Shown here: in pieces, positions 48,536 through 58,889 of the stretch
How positions within the stretch are numbered: position 1 is the stretch's first letter
How the letters are laid out: each line of letters begins with the position of its first letter
IMG/VR virus record: IMGVR_UViG_3300031949_000008
Location: 46,228-110,227 of that record
From: a virus
Length of the DNA: 64,000 bases
Direction: 5' to 3' (one strand)
The notes under the pieces: generated by a model
Seen by the model: only the letters and a program-made list of their open reading frames with translations
What the model was told of the DNA's origin: nothing
The model's database searches: none
Made by a program: the position numbers and the translations under genes

Positions 48536-48981
48536 TTGGCCAAAATCGAAAATCTAAAAGGAAATGGAGAGGAAGGAAATGGCCTATTGAGAGGAGAGAT
48601 AACATGATAATATATGTGGCTCACAGATCAGATTTTAGAGTGTGTAAGTATTGTCTCACAAAAGTAAACAAGAGATACCGAAAAGCACACAAGAGAAACT
48701 GTAGAGCAATCAAACAATGATTGGGGGTTCAGAAACCCTACTGGTACACAATACAGTAAAAAACTGATAAGCATTACGCTGTATGCTTAGGTTTGACCAA
48801 ACAGATACCGAATAGGTGATAATCAGCACCTAACAGCAGGAATGGAAGTTTGACAAATGGTTTGGCATATGTGTCGCTTCCCTACCGTCCAAACGCCAAT
48901 GACGGTCATAATTCAGGGCTATATACCTGAATATCCTTAAGGCTGCTGATTACATTCCTATCTGGAATATGGCTTCAGATA

Positions 48982-49487
48982 GGCCAATATGGATTCTCAT
49001 ACTTGCTCTATCCTACAATCAATAAAACAGGAGAATACCATGAATAACACTGTCACATTGAAGGTAGGAAAAGCAAGTATTGTATGCAGACCAGAGGATG
49101 TTGCCAAGATTATGGCACAAATCGGCGGAACGACTGGCACCGGCACTCCAGTGTATGAAAAGAGTGCTGAAGTCCACAAGGCCATCAGAAACATCAAAGC
49201 AGACAATGCTGAAGAACTGGTCATCAAGTCATTAGCCGGTCGAACAGGACTGCATACCGTGTTTAGTGGTCTGAATGATGAAATCCGAACACGGTATAAT
49301 CTTGATCCTGTCAAGGTGACCAACGACATGATCGCTAATGGAATTCTTGATGAAAAGAAAAGTCGTCCATCAAAAAGGGGTTTTTGGATTGTATTGAAGT
49401 AAAGTCAATTAAAACGCATACATAACAACCAGCATCTGTCAAATGCTGAATTGTAGGATAGAGCAAGAATGGGAATCCATATTGGTC
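48982..49487. repeat. 38-bp inverted repeat pair (48982-49019 / 49450-49487) enclosing a gene
   Basis: ggccaatatggattctcatacttgctctatcctacaat versus attgtaggatagagcaagaatgggaatccatattggtc; 3 differences, 2 of them G-U compatible. Confidence 0.9.
49040..49402 (+). CDS. First early protein (hypothetical)
   Basis: AGGAG RBS before ATG 49040; higher GC than flanks; GLHTVFSG.N...R motif. Confidence 0.7.
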   Translation: MNNTVTLKVGKASIVCRPEDVAKIMAQIGGTTGTGTPVYEKSAEVHKAIRNIKADNAEELVIKSLAGRTGLHTVFSGLNDEIRTRYNLDPVKVTNDMIANGILDEKKSRPSKRGFWIVLK

Positions 49488-49513
49488 TTTAGAATACTGC
49501 AACCTGTTGTGTA

Positions 49514-50257
49514 AATTTATACATTGTCAGTACATTATGCCTTATAGTCTGTTCTGTTGTAAGACTATCTCAACATAATGTTATGAAATGTATAGATTGC
49601 ATATCCTTTTCCTAATCCTGTCAAACTAAGTAAATATATGAATGGGCAGAGTATAGGTGGAAGTCCTATAACTATATCTATCTAGAATAGGACTAGTAAG
49701 CTCATTAAGCCTTACTTATCACTATTGGATATAGGTTTCATCAATGTCATATATCTAAAAGGGAGATGCCTTAATTGGTAAATGGATAGCCATCAGACCA
49801 GTATTCGATTCCAAACTTGTAATATGCGGATATGCTAATGATATCCACATATAAGCAAGCAGGGGCGTAGATGCACAGGGACGTTGCCCGTTCTACGTTA
49901 ACAAAAGTGTAGACAGGAAAAACTAATGGGGATACAGACTAACCCACAACGAGTATATGTCGGCCTGTCGTATTACTATGAGGAAGAATCTAGCCATATA
50001 TGCACTGATATATGGATAGACTAGATATCATAGTCTTTGTATGCTATAAGAATCTGCCTCAGCTCACAGAGGAAAGCATACCTGTATGAGTTAGTATTGA
50101 GAGCATACAGAATAACTAATCTATATAAAGGCACGGTCTTGACAATGCAGATAGATGGACGTGAGCTACACTGATATAGATTAGTTATAACAAATGAGAA
50201 GGGGATGATTAATAGTGTTGAGTCGCTTAGCGTCTCGGCCTATTGATTGTCCTCTTT
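49514..50257 (+). ncRNA. Array of back-to-back long hairpins (candidate structured RNA)
   Basis: No ORF of 60 aa or more; stems at about 49514-49598, 49599-49769, 49975-50034, 50035-50111, 50112-50188 (15-bp perfect) and 50198-50257. Confidence 0.55.
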
Positions 50258-50263
50258 TTATTT

Positions 50264-50678
50264 ATTATCTTTATATAGTATACTCGTCAGAAATAGAGGA
50301 AACAAGTGGCTGGATTAAAAGAAAGAATATTGAAGGCCGAAACAAAAGATGATCTTAGGAAATTATTAGATGAAAGCTTTCTTCGCCTCCTCCAAGAGAC
50401 GAGGAGAAAATGGAGCAGAGAGTTCCAAAAGAAGTCTACTGAATTGAAATGAAAGGAGCTATATCTATGACAAAAGAGAAATGGAATTTTACCAAAGCAG
50501 CAGCTAGATTCTTTTATCGCAAGGGAGTAGATAATCTCACGTGTTTCACACAGGAACTGAAAGCCCTCACAATCGAAGATAAGAAAGAGCTGGCTCCTCT
50601 ACTGGCACAGGCTTTGGATCTTGAGGAAGTCATTGTGGCCTAGACAATTATATGACGAGTATACTATATAGAGATAAT
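50264..50678. repeat. 26-bp inverted repeat pair (50264-50289 / 50653-50678) enclosing two small ORFs
   Basis: attatctttatatagtatactcgtca versus tgacgagtatactatatagagataat; single G-U difference. Confidence 0.88.
50449..50643 (+). CDS. Small early protein
   Basis: AAGGAG RBS, probable start at 50467. Confidence 0.55.
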   Translation: MKGAISMTKEKWNFTKAAARFFYRKGVDNLTCFTQELKALTIEDKKELAPLLAQALDLEEVIVA

Positions 50679-50904
50679 GAGGTACTTTATGTTAAGAAAA
50701 TCAAGGACTTAATAGAAACTAAAGCATTTAAGAATTGAGGTTAATGAGTGGAGGAGAGTAAAATATGAAAAAGATTATTACAGTATTAGCTGCTATATTC
50801 TTTCCACTAACTATAGTAATTCTCTTATTTTATAGTATAGGTAAAACAACTTATACTATTGTTCATGAATTAATAGGAGATTAATAGTATTAAAGAGTGT
50901 AGAT

Positions 50905-50938
50905 AATAGATATAGTAAAATCAGGTATTTTGTGACAT
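50905..50938. promoter_or_regulatory. Bipartite motif copy 4 (variant)
   Basis: ATGTCACAA-N14-CTATATCTATT on the minus strand. Confidence 0.5.
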
Positions 50939-51677
50939 AATATTTAAATTATTAAAGGAGGTATAATATGAAACCTTATCATCGAGCATGTGGTAGTTCT
51001 GATCTTATTACAGTTCCTTTTAGAAAGAGGGATATTACACTATGTAATCATTGTGTTCGTCAAATTGAGGAACATGAGATACAAAGACCATCAGACATAG
51101 TTTCTTGCGTCAGTAAGGTGACTGTATTAGGAAAGGAAGTTAACCATCATTTTATTGATGTAATGAAATCACATATTAAGTAAGCTAAATACGTTTGAAG
51201 GCACTATAGGATTGACAATTAAGTTTTAGATTATTGGAGGTAAATATGTTAAACATTATTATAGGTTTACTTATGTATGCTTGTTCAATTATCAACTCGC
51301 CAGATTATGTTATAACATATGAAAGAAAATATGGTGTTGTACAAGGAGATTACGAATATATAGGATATGTATTAAAAGATGATAAGCAATATCATGTAGT
51401 TATAATGAGAATGGAGGAAATATGAATATATTTGCTATATGGATGGTGACTATAATATCAATGGCACTTATAGCATTAAGTCTTATTTTAGCCCTTTATA
51501 TAACTTGGTTGACAGTATCTCATAGTTCTCCTATCCCTAATGATATACTAGTTAGATTACTATTCTTCTTTATATCTACATCTCTTGAGATAACATTAAT
51601 AATATATGTAATTAAATTTATTACGATCTATTATATAAGAATATAAATTAAATAGATATAGTTTCGCTTCGCTCAAC

Positions 51678-51711
51678 TATATAAATAGTAAAATCAGGAT
51701 ATTTGTGACAT
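51678..51711. promoter_or_regulatory. Bipartite motif copy 5
   Basis: ATGTCACAA-N14-CTATTTATATA on the minus strand. Confidence 0.6.
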
Positions 51712-51897
51712 AAATTTTAAAATAATTTAAGGAGGATATATGAAAATCTGTGACGAATGTGGCAGAAAAATTCCTCAACAGTATGTTACTGCACATAATA
51801 AATGGGAAAAGTCAGATAAAAAGTATTCTGATCCTGATGTTAAACATATTGCGTTACATAAGAAATTAAGAAAGATGAGGAAAACAAAGTAGGAGAA

Positions 51898-52084
51898 TAA
51901 GGTCAATGGTGGCGAGCATAAGTGACGGGGCTGGTGTAGTAAAGGGCTTTCAACCTACCAGTCAGTGATATGCCGAAAGTGGTCTCGCCTGTTGGTCCTA
52001 TTTTAGAAAAGGGATGAAGGAGCCGAAGGAAGGGTAAATGCTCTTATGAATAGGACTAATATAGGAGCCTATCTATTGACTTTA
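51898..52084 (+). ncRNA. Candidate structured ncRNA
   Basis: GC-richer intergenic segment closed by taaggtcaat/attgacttta, with internal stems ggcgag/ctcgcc and gttggtcctatt/aataggactaat. Confidence 0.45.
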
Positions 52085-53575
52085 AGTATGCTGTTCTTGA
52101 TGGAGTTAAGCTTTCTATAAAGTGTAAAACTCACATCTCCTATGGATATTAATTAAACAAATCGTGAGTCGAATTTCTATCTTATATATGAAAGGACTCT
52201 ATGAGAAAAGCTAGAAGTAATGAACTGGGACGAGTATTAGAAAAAGGATATGATATTGATCAGACATTACTTAGCAAATGTGCATATTATCCACTATTTA
52301 GATATATTGATTTCTACGATCCAAAAACTGATGAACATGTTAAAGGTCAGCAATTAGTATGTGGTAAGTGTAGTAGTATTGAACCTAATCCTAAATGTAA
52401 ACACCACGTTAATTTACTTTGGTGAAACAAAGATATGAATAAATTTACAGAATTAACTAATAAACAAATTGAGGAAAATATATATATATGTCCATCATGT
52501 GGTAGAGTTGTACAAGTCCAAGATATTTCTAACCAATATGAAGATATTGATGAAAATCATGCAGAAGGATACTGTCCATTTTGTCATCGATTTTGCTGTT
52601 TTCTATGTGAATATGTCTATACATAAAAGGAGAAGTGAAATGAATCAACCAATCTATACTAAAATAGATAATGAGTTTAGAAGTTTTGTAGCAAATAATG
52701 AAAAAGTATTGAGAGAATTAGAAGCAGAATGTCCTTTAAGGGTAGATATACTACATGGAGTAAAAGGAGTATGTCGAAGTGATATGTTGGATGAACCATA
52801 TAATATCGCTTTCATTTATAAAATAGGTGGTGACGAAGGTTCAGCATACCATTTTTTAGATAAACATATGGATAAAATATATTCTTATTATGAGTATTTG
52901 TAGGATATCGATTACCAACACAACTATATACAAAGAATCAAATAGATATAATGTTTAATCAACCATAAGGAGCTAAGATGACAAAGAAACTTACAAAAAG
53001 AGAATTTACTATTAAACATAAAGCATATGAACAAGGTCTTATTGAAGGATGGCAACACGCAATTCTTTTACTAAGAGGATGTATTAAAGCACATAAAACT
53101 ATTCTTAAACAAAAAGAAATTGAAGCATATGTAGCACATAATAAAAATTATATGTGGAAGGAATGATATGACACTCAAAATATTACATAATAGTCGAAAG
53201 AAAGAAAAGACTGATCTTGTGCAATGTTCTTATATTGATCATTGTACAAGGTATCATTGTGCTTGTTATAAGGAACATCATCGTAGATGACAATGTCACC
53301 GAACACTAGTTGAGTGTTATTGGACAAAGAAAAAGGTTATATGTAAAACAATTATAAATTAAGGAGAGAATATGCAGCCACATTATAATTTAGGTATTCG
53401 TTTTCGTACTCATTTTCAGCCATTTGGTATTTCAAAAAAGAGAATATCTAATAAACTTCATGATGAATTACAAGGCCATATTAATGCTTTAAAAGAAGGT
53501 AGGATAACATGGGCAGATATTAAAGATACTGTTAAAGATTTATATAGTGTTATTAAAAGATTAGGTAAATAAATT

Positions 53576-53650
53576 GCCGCAGTAGCTCAAATAGTAGAGC
53601 CTTGTTTTGTAAACAAGAAGATAGGGGTTCAACTCCTCTCTGCGGCCCCA
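53576..53650 (+). tRNA. tRNA-Thr (TGT)
   Basis: GCCGCAG/CTGCGGC acceptor, CTTGT-TTTGTAA-ACAAG anticodon arm, GGTTCAACTCC T-arm, encoded CCA. Confidence 0.9.
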
Positions 53651-53655
53651 AATAT

Positions 53656-53726
53656 AGCCAGTTAACTCAATGTAGAGTAATCGCTTTATAAGCGATAAGT
53701 TACTGGTTCAAGTCCAGTACTGGCTA
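53656..53726 (+). tRNA. tRNA-Ile (TAT)
   Basis: AGCCAGT/ACTGGCT acceptor, ATCGC-TTTATAA-GCGAT anticodon arm, ACTGG-TTCAAGT-CCAGT T-arm; followed by CTA rather than CCA. Confidence 0.85.
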
Positions 53727-53732
53727 CTAATA

Positions 53733-53815
53733 TAGTTGGTAGTAACAGCCACGTTGAGTTAGCCGCAACACTAGGTGGATGGACTGTCGGCGACCTATCC
53801 AGTTATTATCAACTT
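53733..53815 (+). ncRNA. Structured RNA between tRNAs
   Basis: agttggtagtaac pairs with gttattatcaact, enclosing internal hairpins. Confidence 0.35.
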
Positions 53816-53821
53816 ATAAGT

Positions 53822-53896
53822 GTGGTCATAGTGTAAGTAGGTAGCACAAGAGGTTGAGGCTTCTAGGTTCGGAACACCTGCTCCGATGATCACCCC
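53822..53896 (+). tRNA. Degenerate tRNA-like element (His-like scaffold, aberrant anticodon and T loops)
   Basis: GTGGTCA/TGATCAC-C-CCA acceptor, D arm GTGT/GCAC, 6-nt anticodon loop TTGAGG, T loop lacks TTC. Confidence 0.5.
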
Positions 53897-54266
53897 ATTT
53901 TATAAAAGGAGACTATATGCTACTTGATATAATGGCATGTGGAGTCCATGTTGAAGAATGCATGAAAGAATGTTTTGGTTGTGGATATAAAATGTATTGG
54001 TATATTGAAGAACTTAATGAATGGAAACATGTATATCTAATACCAGTAGGAAACATGTCATGAGTGAATGAAATAACAGTGATAATAAAGTAAAAGTTAA
54101 ACTAAAGGAGATCCTATGACAAGAGCACAAACTACATTATTAATAGCAATGGCTAAGGGAATAACATATCTTTTACGTGAAGATAATTATCGTGATCAAT
54201 CTGCATTTGGATTTATTAAGTCTATTGAAGAAAATATTGAAGAGGTAGGGAGGAGGACACGGATAT

Positions 54267-54599
54267 ATGAAAAAGAAACATGTTAAACAAAGTATCGAAG
54301 AATTGGCTAAAGGATTGCAAGCAATCTATAGAGTAAAGCCTAACTTATCTGACATAACTTTAAATATTATGTATAGTGGTGAAGCCTTTACTCTTGCAGT
54401 TGCAACAATTACAATACCAAATAGTAGTGGTAATAAGTCAAAGGTTATTATTGGTGAAGGAATCTGTAAAAGAGGGTTTGAAGATGACAAATCTGATGAA
54501 ATTAGAAGTTATAATATTGCTGGCTCAAGAGCATTAGAAGCTATAGATAAAAAACTCAGACGAGCTAATAAATATATTGGCCATAAATATGAAGGTTAG
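54267..54599 (+). CDS. Hypothetical early protein
   Basis: GGAGG RBS, 110 aa. Confidence 0.55.
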   Translation: MKKKHVKQSIEELAKGLQAIYRVKPNLSDITLNIMYSGEAFTLAVATITIPNSSGNKSKVIIGEGICKRGFEDDKSDEIRSYNIAGSRALEAIDKKLRRANKYIGHKYEG

Positions 54600-55313
54600 A
54601 GACAGCATACAACATCAAATTTTAAATAAGTTATTGATATTACAATGGAAATTACGTCCAATTATAGGTAAGAAGTGGGCAAGACGTATATCTATATATA
54701 TTGAACATCTATTATTACATTAGGAGAAGAAAATGATCATAAGATTATATATTGCCTTTGAATTACTTCTTATTATATACCTGTTAACAAAGATATTGGT
54801 GGCTTTAGGTGGAACAACAAATCCATTTCCTGTGTAAGTAACTATTACAGGAAAAGAAGTTACTTATAGTTTTATTGAAGCAATTAAATTACAAGTAGAA
54901 TAAATAAATTGTAAAATAAAGGAGGAATAATATGCATCTATTTCATAAATGGAAAACTATATCTAAACGGAAGACAACCATAACAGAAACTATATTAGGT
55001 CGATATGTTGCAAAAGGTATTCCAGCGATTGTTGAACTTCAGAAATGTAAGGAGTGTTCTAAAGAACGTGCATTTGTCATTAAAGGTAATAATTTACGTA
55101 CAGAAGTAAATCCTGACCTTTGGTTTACAAATAAAGATAGAGAGATATATAAATTATGAGATCATATAACAAATAGATCATTACAAGCATGGCTAAAACA
55201 ATTTCCTGACGGATCTTCGATATCTATTCATAATAATAAACTTATTCTTCATAGTTTAAACGGTCAGGATTGGATCTGTATTGATACTCTTATGTAATAA
55301 AGAGGAAATAATT

Positions 55314-56192
55314 ATGGGATATATGCATATTGAAAATCTTTATAAGAATCAGGATATCTTCATGTTCAAAAGATGTTATGCAATGGAGAAGATTCATGGC
55401 ACTTCTGCACATATCTCTTATAAGGATGGTAATATCAATTTCTTTGCAGGTGGCTCAAAGCATGAAACTTTTGTAAAGCTATTTGATGTAGAAATGCTAC
55501 TAATGGCTCTAAAAGAAACAACTTCTGATGAGCGTTCCATACATATCTATGGTGAAGCATATGGTGGAAGTATTCAAAGAGGATGGACGACTGAATCTTA
55601 TGGAAACCAGATATGCTTTGTTGCTTTTGAAGTTAAAATAGGGGATACTTGGCTCTCTGTTCCTAAAGCAGAACATTTCTGTAAGAGATTAGGATTAGAT
55701 TTTGTACATTACTTAGAGATTCCTACTATGTTAGAATATATTGATGCTGAACGGGATGCTGATTCTATACAAGCTATTAAGAACGGAATGGGAGAAGGGC
55801 ACAAGCGAGAAGGAATTGTGCTACGTCCATTAGAAGAAGTTATAAAGAATAATGGTGAACGAGTTATAGCCAAACATAAACGAGCTGATTGTAGCGAAAC
55901 AACAACACCACGCAATATTACAGACAAATTAATAAGGCAGACTGATATAAAAAAGATTGTGGATGAATGGGTAACAGAAGAACGATTGAACCATATTGTC
56001 ACTTCTGGTGAAGTGGAATTAAAATTAGAAAATATAGGTAAAATGATGCATATAATGATTTCAGACATTTATAGAGAAGGCAAAGATGAGATTGAAGAAT
56101 CAAAAGATTTAGAAAGAGCAATAGGCAGAGAAACAGCTTTATTAGTTAAACGTCAGATTAAAAATGAATTTTATATTTCTCAAGAAAGATAA
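55314..56192 (+). CDS. RNA ligase (Rnl2-like nucleotidyltransferase)
   Basis: EKIHGTS (motif I), YGEAYGGSIQ, FEV, REGIVLRP, IAKHK; likely start MGYMH at 55314. Confidence 0.85.
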   Translation: MGYMHIENLYKNQDIFMFKRCYAMEKIHGTSAHISYKDGNINFFAGGSKHETFVKLFDVEMLLMALKETTSDERSIHIYGEAYGGSIQRGWTTESYGNQICFVAFEVKIGDTWLSVPKAEHFCKRLGLDFVHYLEIPTMLEYIDAERDADSIQAIKNGMGEGHKREGIVLRPLEEVIKNNGERVIAKHKRADCSETTTPRNITDKLIRQTDIKKIVDEWVTEERLNHIVTSGEVELKLENIGKMMHIMISDIYREGKDEIEESKDLERAIGRETALLVKRQIKNEFYISQER

Positions 56193-56336
56193 TTTATATG
56201 GAGGTAATATGTGTCTACATTTTAGTTATGAGAAAAAGATTAAAGTTATCGGATATTTACATATCTGTGAGTTGATTTGTAACAAATGTCATAAGATTAT
56301 CAGTTCATATGTATACCAGCCACGATGGAGATAATG

Positions 56337-56531
56337 ATGCCATTAGAAATATTAACAAATAAAGAATTAGAAGGAATTAAAGTTGGCGATTGGGTTACAC
56401 GACCAGGATGGGAGTTATTTTATGAAGTAACTAAAGTAGATAGATGGACAGATTCCCTTTGGTTATTTGCAAAATCCACTGGCCGAGCTTATGCATATAA
56501 ATTAACTGATCCAATATGGAAAATTAAGTGA
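56337..56531 (+). CDS. Small MPLEIL-tagged protein (paralog A)
   Basis: MPLEILTNKE...IKVGDWVTRPGW. Confidence 0.6.
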   Translation: MPLEILTNKELEGIKVGDWVTRPGWELFYEVTKVDRWTDSLWLFAKSTGRAYAYKLTDPIWKIK

Positions 56532-56537
56532 AAGAAT

Positions 56538-56726
56538 ATGCCATTAGAAATTCTAACAAATAAAGAGCCAGAGTCTACTATTAAAGTTGGAGATCAGATA
56601 ACTAGAAAAGGATGGAATAACGAGCGGTATGATGTAATTTATATTGATTGGGACAGTAATCTTTTTACCATAAGAAATAAACAAGGTTATAAGTATATTT
56701 ATAGTATGTGTCTTAGGGATGGCTAA
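56538..56726 (+). CDS. Small MPLEIL-tagged protein (paralog B)
   Basis: MPLEILTNKE...IKVGDQITRKGW. Confidence 0.6.
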   Translation: MPLEILTNKEPESTIKVGDQITRKGWNNERYDVIYIDWDSNLFTIRNKQGYKYIYSMCLRDG

Positions 56727-56903
56727 TAAACAGAAATGGTAAGATTATTGTTTTATGAGGTAATTAATGAAATGTCCAGATTGTTCTACAGAATTAATTA
56801 CTACAAAGAAATTTGGGCAAGGTGTATGGTTTTGTACGTTATGTAAATTTGCATGGTTTATACTAAAAATTAGACGAAAAGTATAGAGGAGGTATGCTCT
56901 ATT

Positions 56904-58124
56904 ATGCGAAAGATACATTTTAAGAATGCAGAAGGAAAAGTTGTCAAATGGAAAGATAAGATCGGCATTGTTAGAGATATTCAAATCGTAAATAGAAATG
57001 TAACAGGCCGTTTAATAGAAATACCTTCTAATCAATGTATTTGGATTAAGATTAGACCAGAGGATGATAATATGGTGACATTATTATCTAAGATAGATAC
57101 ATTAAAGTTACATAAGAATATTGATTATCAGAGTATGTTAAATAGTATATATTTAACAGGAGGTTTCTTAATGGGTGCTGATCCAGAAGTATTTGTAGTT
57201 AATAAACAAGGTATAATTATTCCAGCATTTACATTTCTTCCACATAAAAAAGCTGGAAATCCATTTTGGGATGGATTTCAAGCCGAATTTACTACTAGAG
57301 CATACAATTGTCTTGCTTTTCTTGTAGATGAAGTACAAAGCAAATTAAAGACTATCTTAAATGAAGCAAAAAAGATAGATGAAACAGCAAGCCTTACATA
57401 TAAAAGTGTAGTAGAAATACCAATCTCAATAATGAACAAAGCAGATAAAGAACATGTTATGCTTGGTTGTGCTCCTAGTAAAAATATATACAATATACCA
57501 TCAATTAAAATAGACGATCCTTATACTTTACCTATAAGATTTGCTGGTTGTCATTTTCATCTTGGAGGTGATAGATTTACAAATATCGATCAAACCGTGG
57601 GAGGCATAGATGCTATTCTTGGTGTTATATCGGTTTCTCTATTTCAAGGAATGGAAGATGAAAGGCGTAGACGATACTATGGACGAGCAGGAGAATTCAG
57701 AACACCAACACATGGTCTTGAATATCGTACATTAAGTTCTGCAGTACTATCTCATCCTGTCTTATTTCATCTTTGTTATGACTTGGCACGTGCATCTGCA
57801 CATATAGCACAAGCACAGTTATTTGATTTTTGGAATACAAAAGATTTTTCTATACCAGATATTATTAATGATTATGATATTATAGCTGCTAAAAAATTAT
57901 TAATACAGAACAAGGCTGCATTGATGGCTATTCTAGAAAAATTATATAGATTAAAATCTCCCATAACTACAAAATTATATAATTTAATTATAGAAGGTGC
58001 AATAAATATGCTTCCAGTGAATGATATGGCAGATAATTGGCATATAAAGAGAAATCAAATATGGAAGAGCCACTCTGAAGGAAATAATTGTTGCGTTTAT
58101 AAATTAAATATTGAGGAGGTTTAA
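56904..58124 (+). CDS. phiEco32-like COOH-NH2 ligase (type 2)
   Basis: MGADPEVFV, DGFQAEF, LGCAPSKNIY, RFAGCHFHLG, RRRYYGRAGEFR...GLEYRTLS. Confidence 0.85.
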   Translation: MRKIHFKNAEGKVVKWKDKIGIVRDIQIVNRNVTGRLIEIPSNQCIWIKIRPEDDNMVTLLSKIDTLKLHKNIDYQSMLNSIYLTGGFLMGADPEVFVVNKQGIIIPAFTFLPHKKAGNPFWDGFQAEFTTRAYNCLAFLVDEVQSKLKTILNEAKKIDETASLTYKSVVEIPISIMNKADKEHVMLGCAPSKNIYNIPSIKIDDPYTLPIRFAGCHFHLGGDRFTNIDQTVGGIDAILGVISVSLFQGMEDERRRRYYGRAGEFRTPTHGLEYRTLSSAVLSHPVLFHLCYDLARASAHIAQAQLFDFWNTKDFSIPDIINDYDIIAAKKLLIQNKAALMAILEKLYRLKSPITTKLYNLIIEGAINMLPVNDMADNWHIKRNQIWKSHSEGNNCCVYKLNIEEV

Positions 58125-58130
58125 TATAAA

Positions 58131-58451
58131 ATGTCCTTAGATTTTATAAAAAATAAGGAACCTAAAATAATCATAGCGTATGATCCAGAACAATTACCAG
58201 TAGAAACAAGAAATTATGAATATAGGTGTAAATTTTGTGGGGCTTTTAATTCTGGTATGGCAAATTTTCATGAAGAGGTACATAGTACTGCTGATATAGT
58301 AGAGTTAGGTCAAGATGAACCAGAATTAGAAAACTTCAATGATTATGAACCAGAAAATTTTATAATAGATTCTTTTAGATGTACAGAATGTGGGGAAGAG
58401 CGAGATAATATACAAGATATTTTTGAAGATTTTATAGCAGAGGCAAGATGA
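58131..58451 (+). CDS. Acidic Zn-ribbon protein
   Basis: CKFCG...CTECG; N-terminus MSLDFIKNKE. Confidence 0.55.
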   Translation: MSLDFIKNKEPKIIIAYDPEQLPVETRNYEYRCKFCGAFNSGMANFHEEVHSTADIVELGQDEPELENFNDYEPENFIIDSFRCTECGEERDNIQDIFEDFIAEAR

Positions 58452-58889
58452 GAGAAGAATCTGAAACAGTTTGTAAACTCGAAGAATGTATCAAGGAGTT
58501 GAAGAAAGAGAATGATATATAAATTTTTATGTTCTCATTGTCATGTAATATTTGAAGATGAATATATTAATGGGCAGATATTATTTAATTATACGATAGA
58601 TATCTCATGTCCTCTTTGTGGACATCATTGGAAGATAAACAAATCGTAGAATAAAGGAAGATATATGCAAGGAATAATTCGCTTACCTACTGATTTGAAT
58701 CAACGTGAACGATATAGATATAAAAAAGCTGTAGATATCTGGGCTAGTGCAGAATGGGTAGATGCAATAAAGATATGCTGTAATGATAAAGATATGGATT
58801 CATTATGTCAATTTCCATATATTCAAGTGTTAGCTGATATTTTCTTTAGAAAAGATATTCCTATATTTAAAATGGAAAAGGAGTAAGTA

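Noticed and set aside
49514-50257. CRISPR array
   Set aside because: The hairpin units share no direct repeat or regular repeat-spacer period, and there are no cas genes in the window
51898-52084. RNase P, SRP or glycine riboswitch assignment
   Set aside because: Only short loop similarities are present; diagnostic conserved blocks are missing
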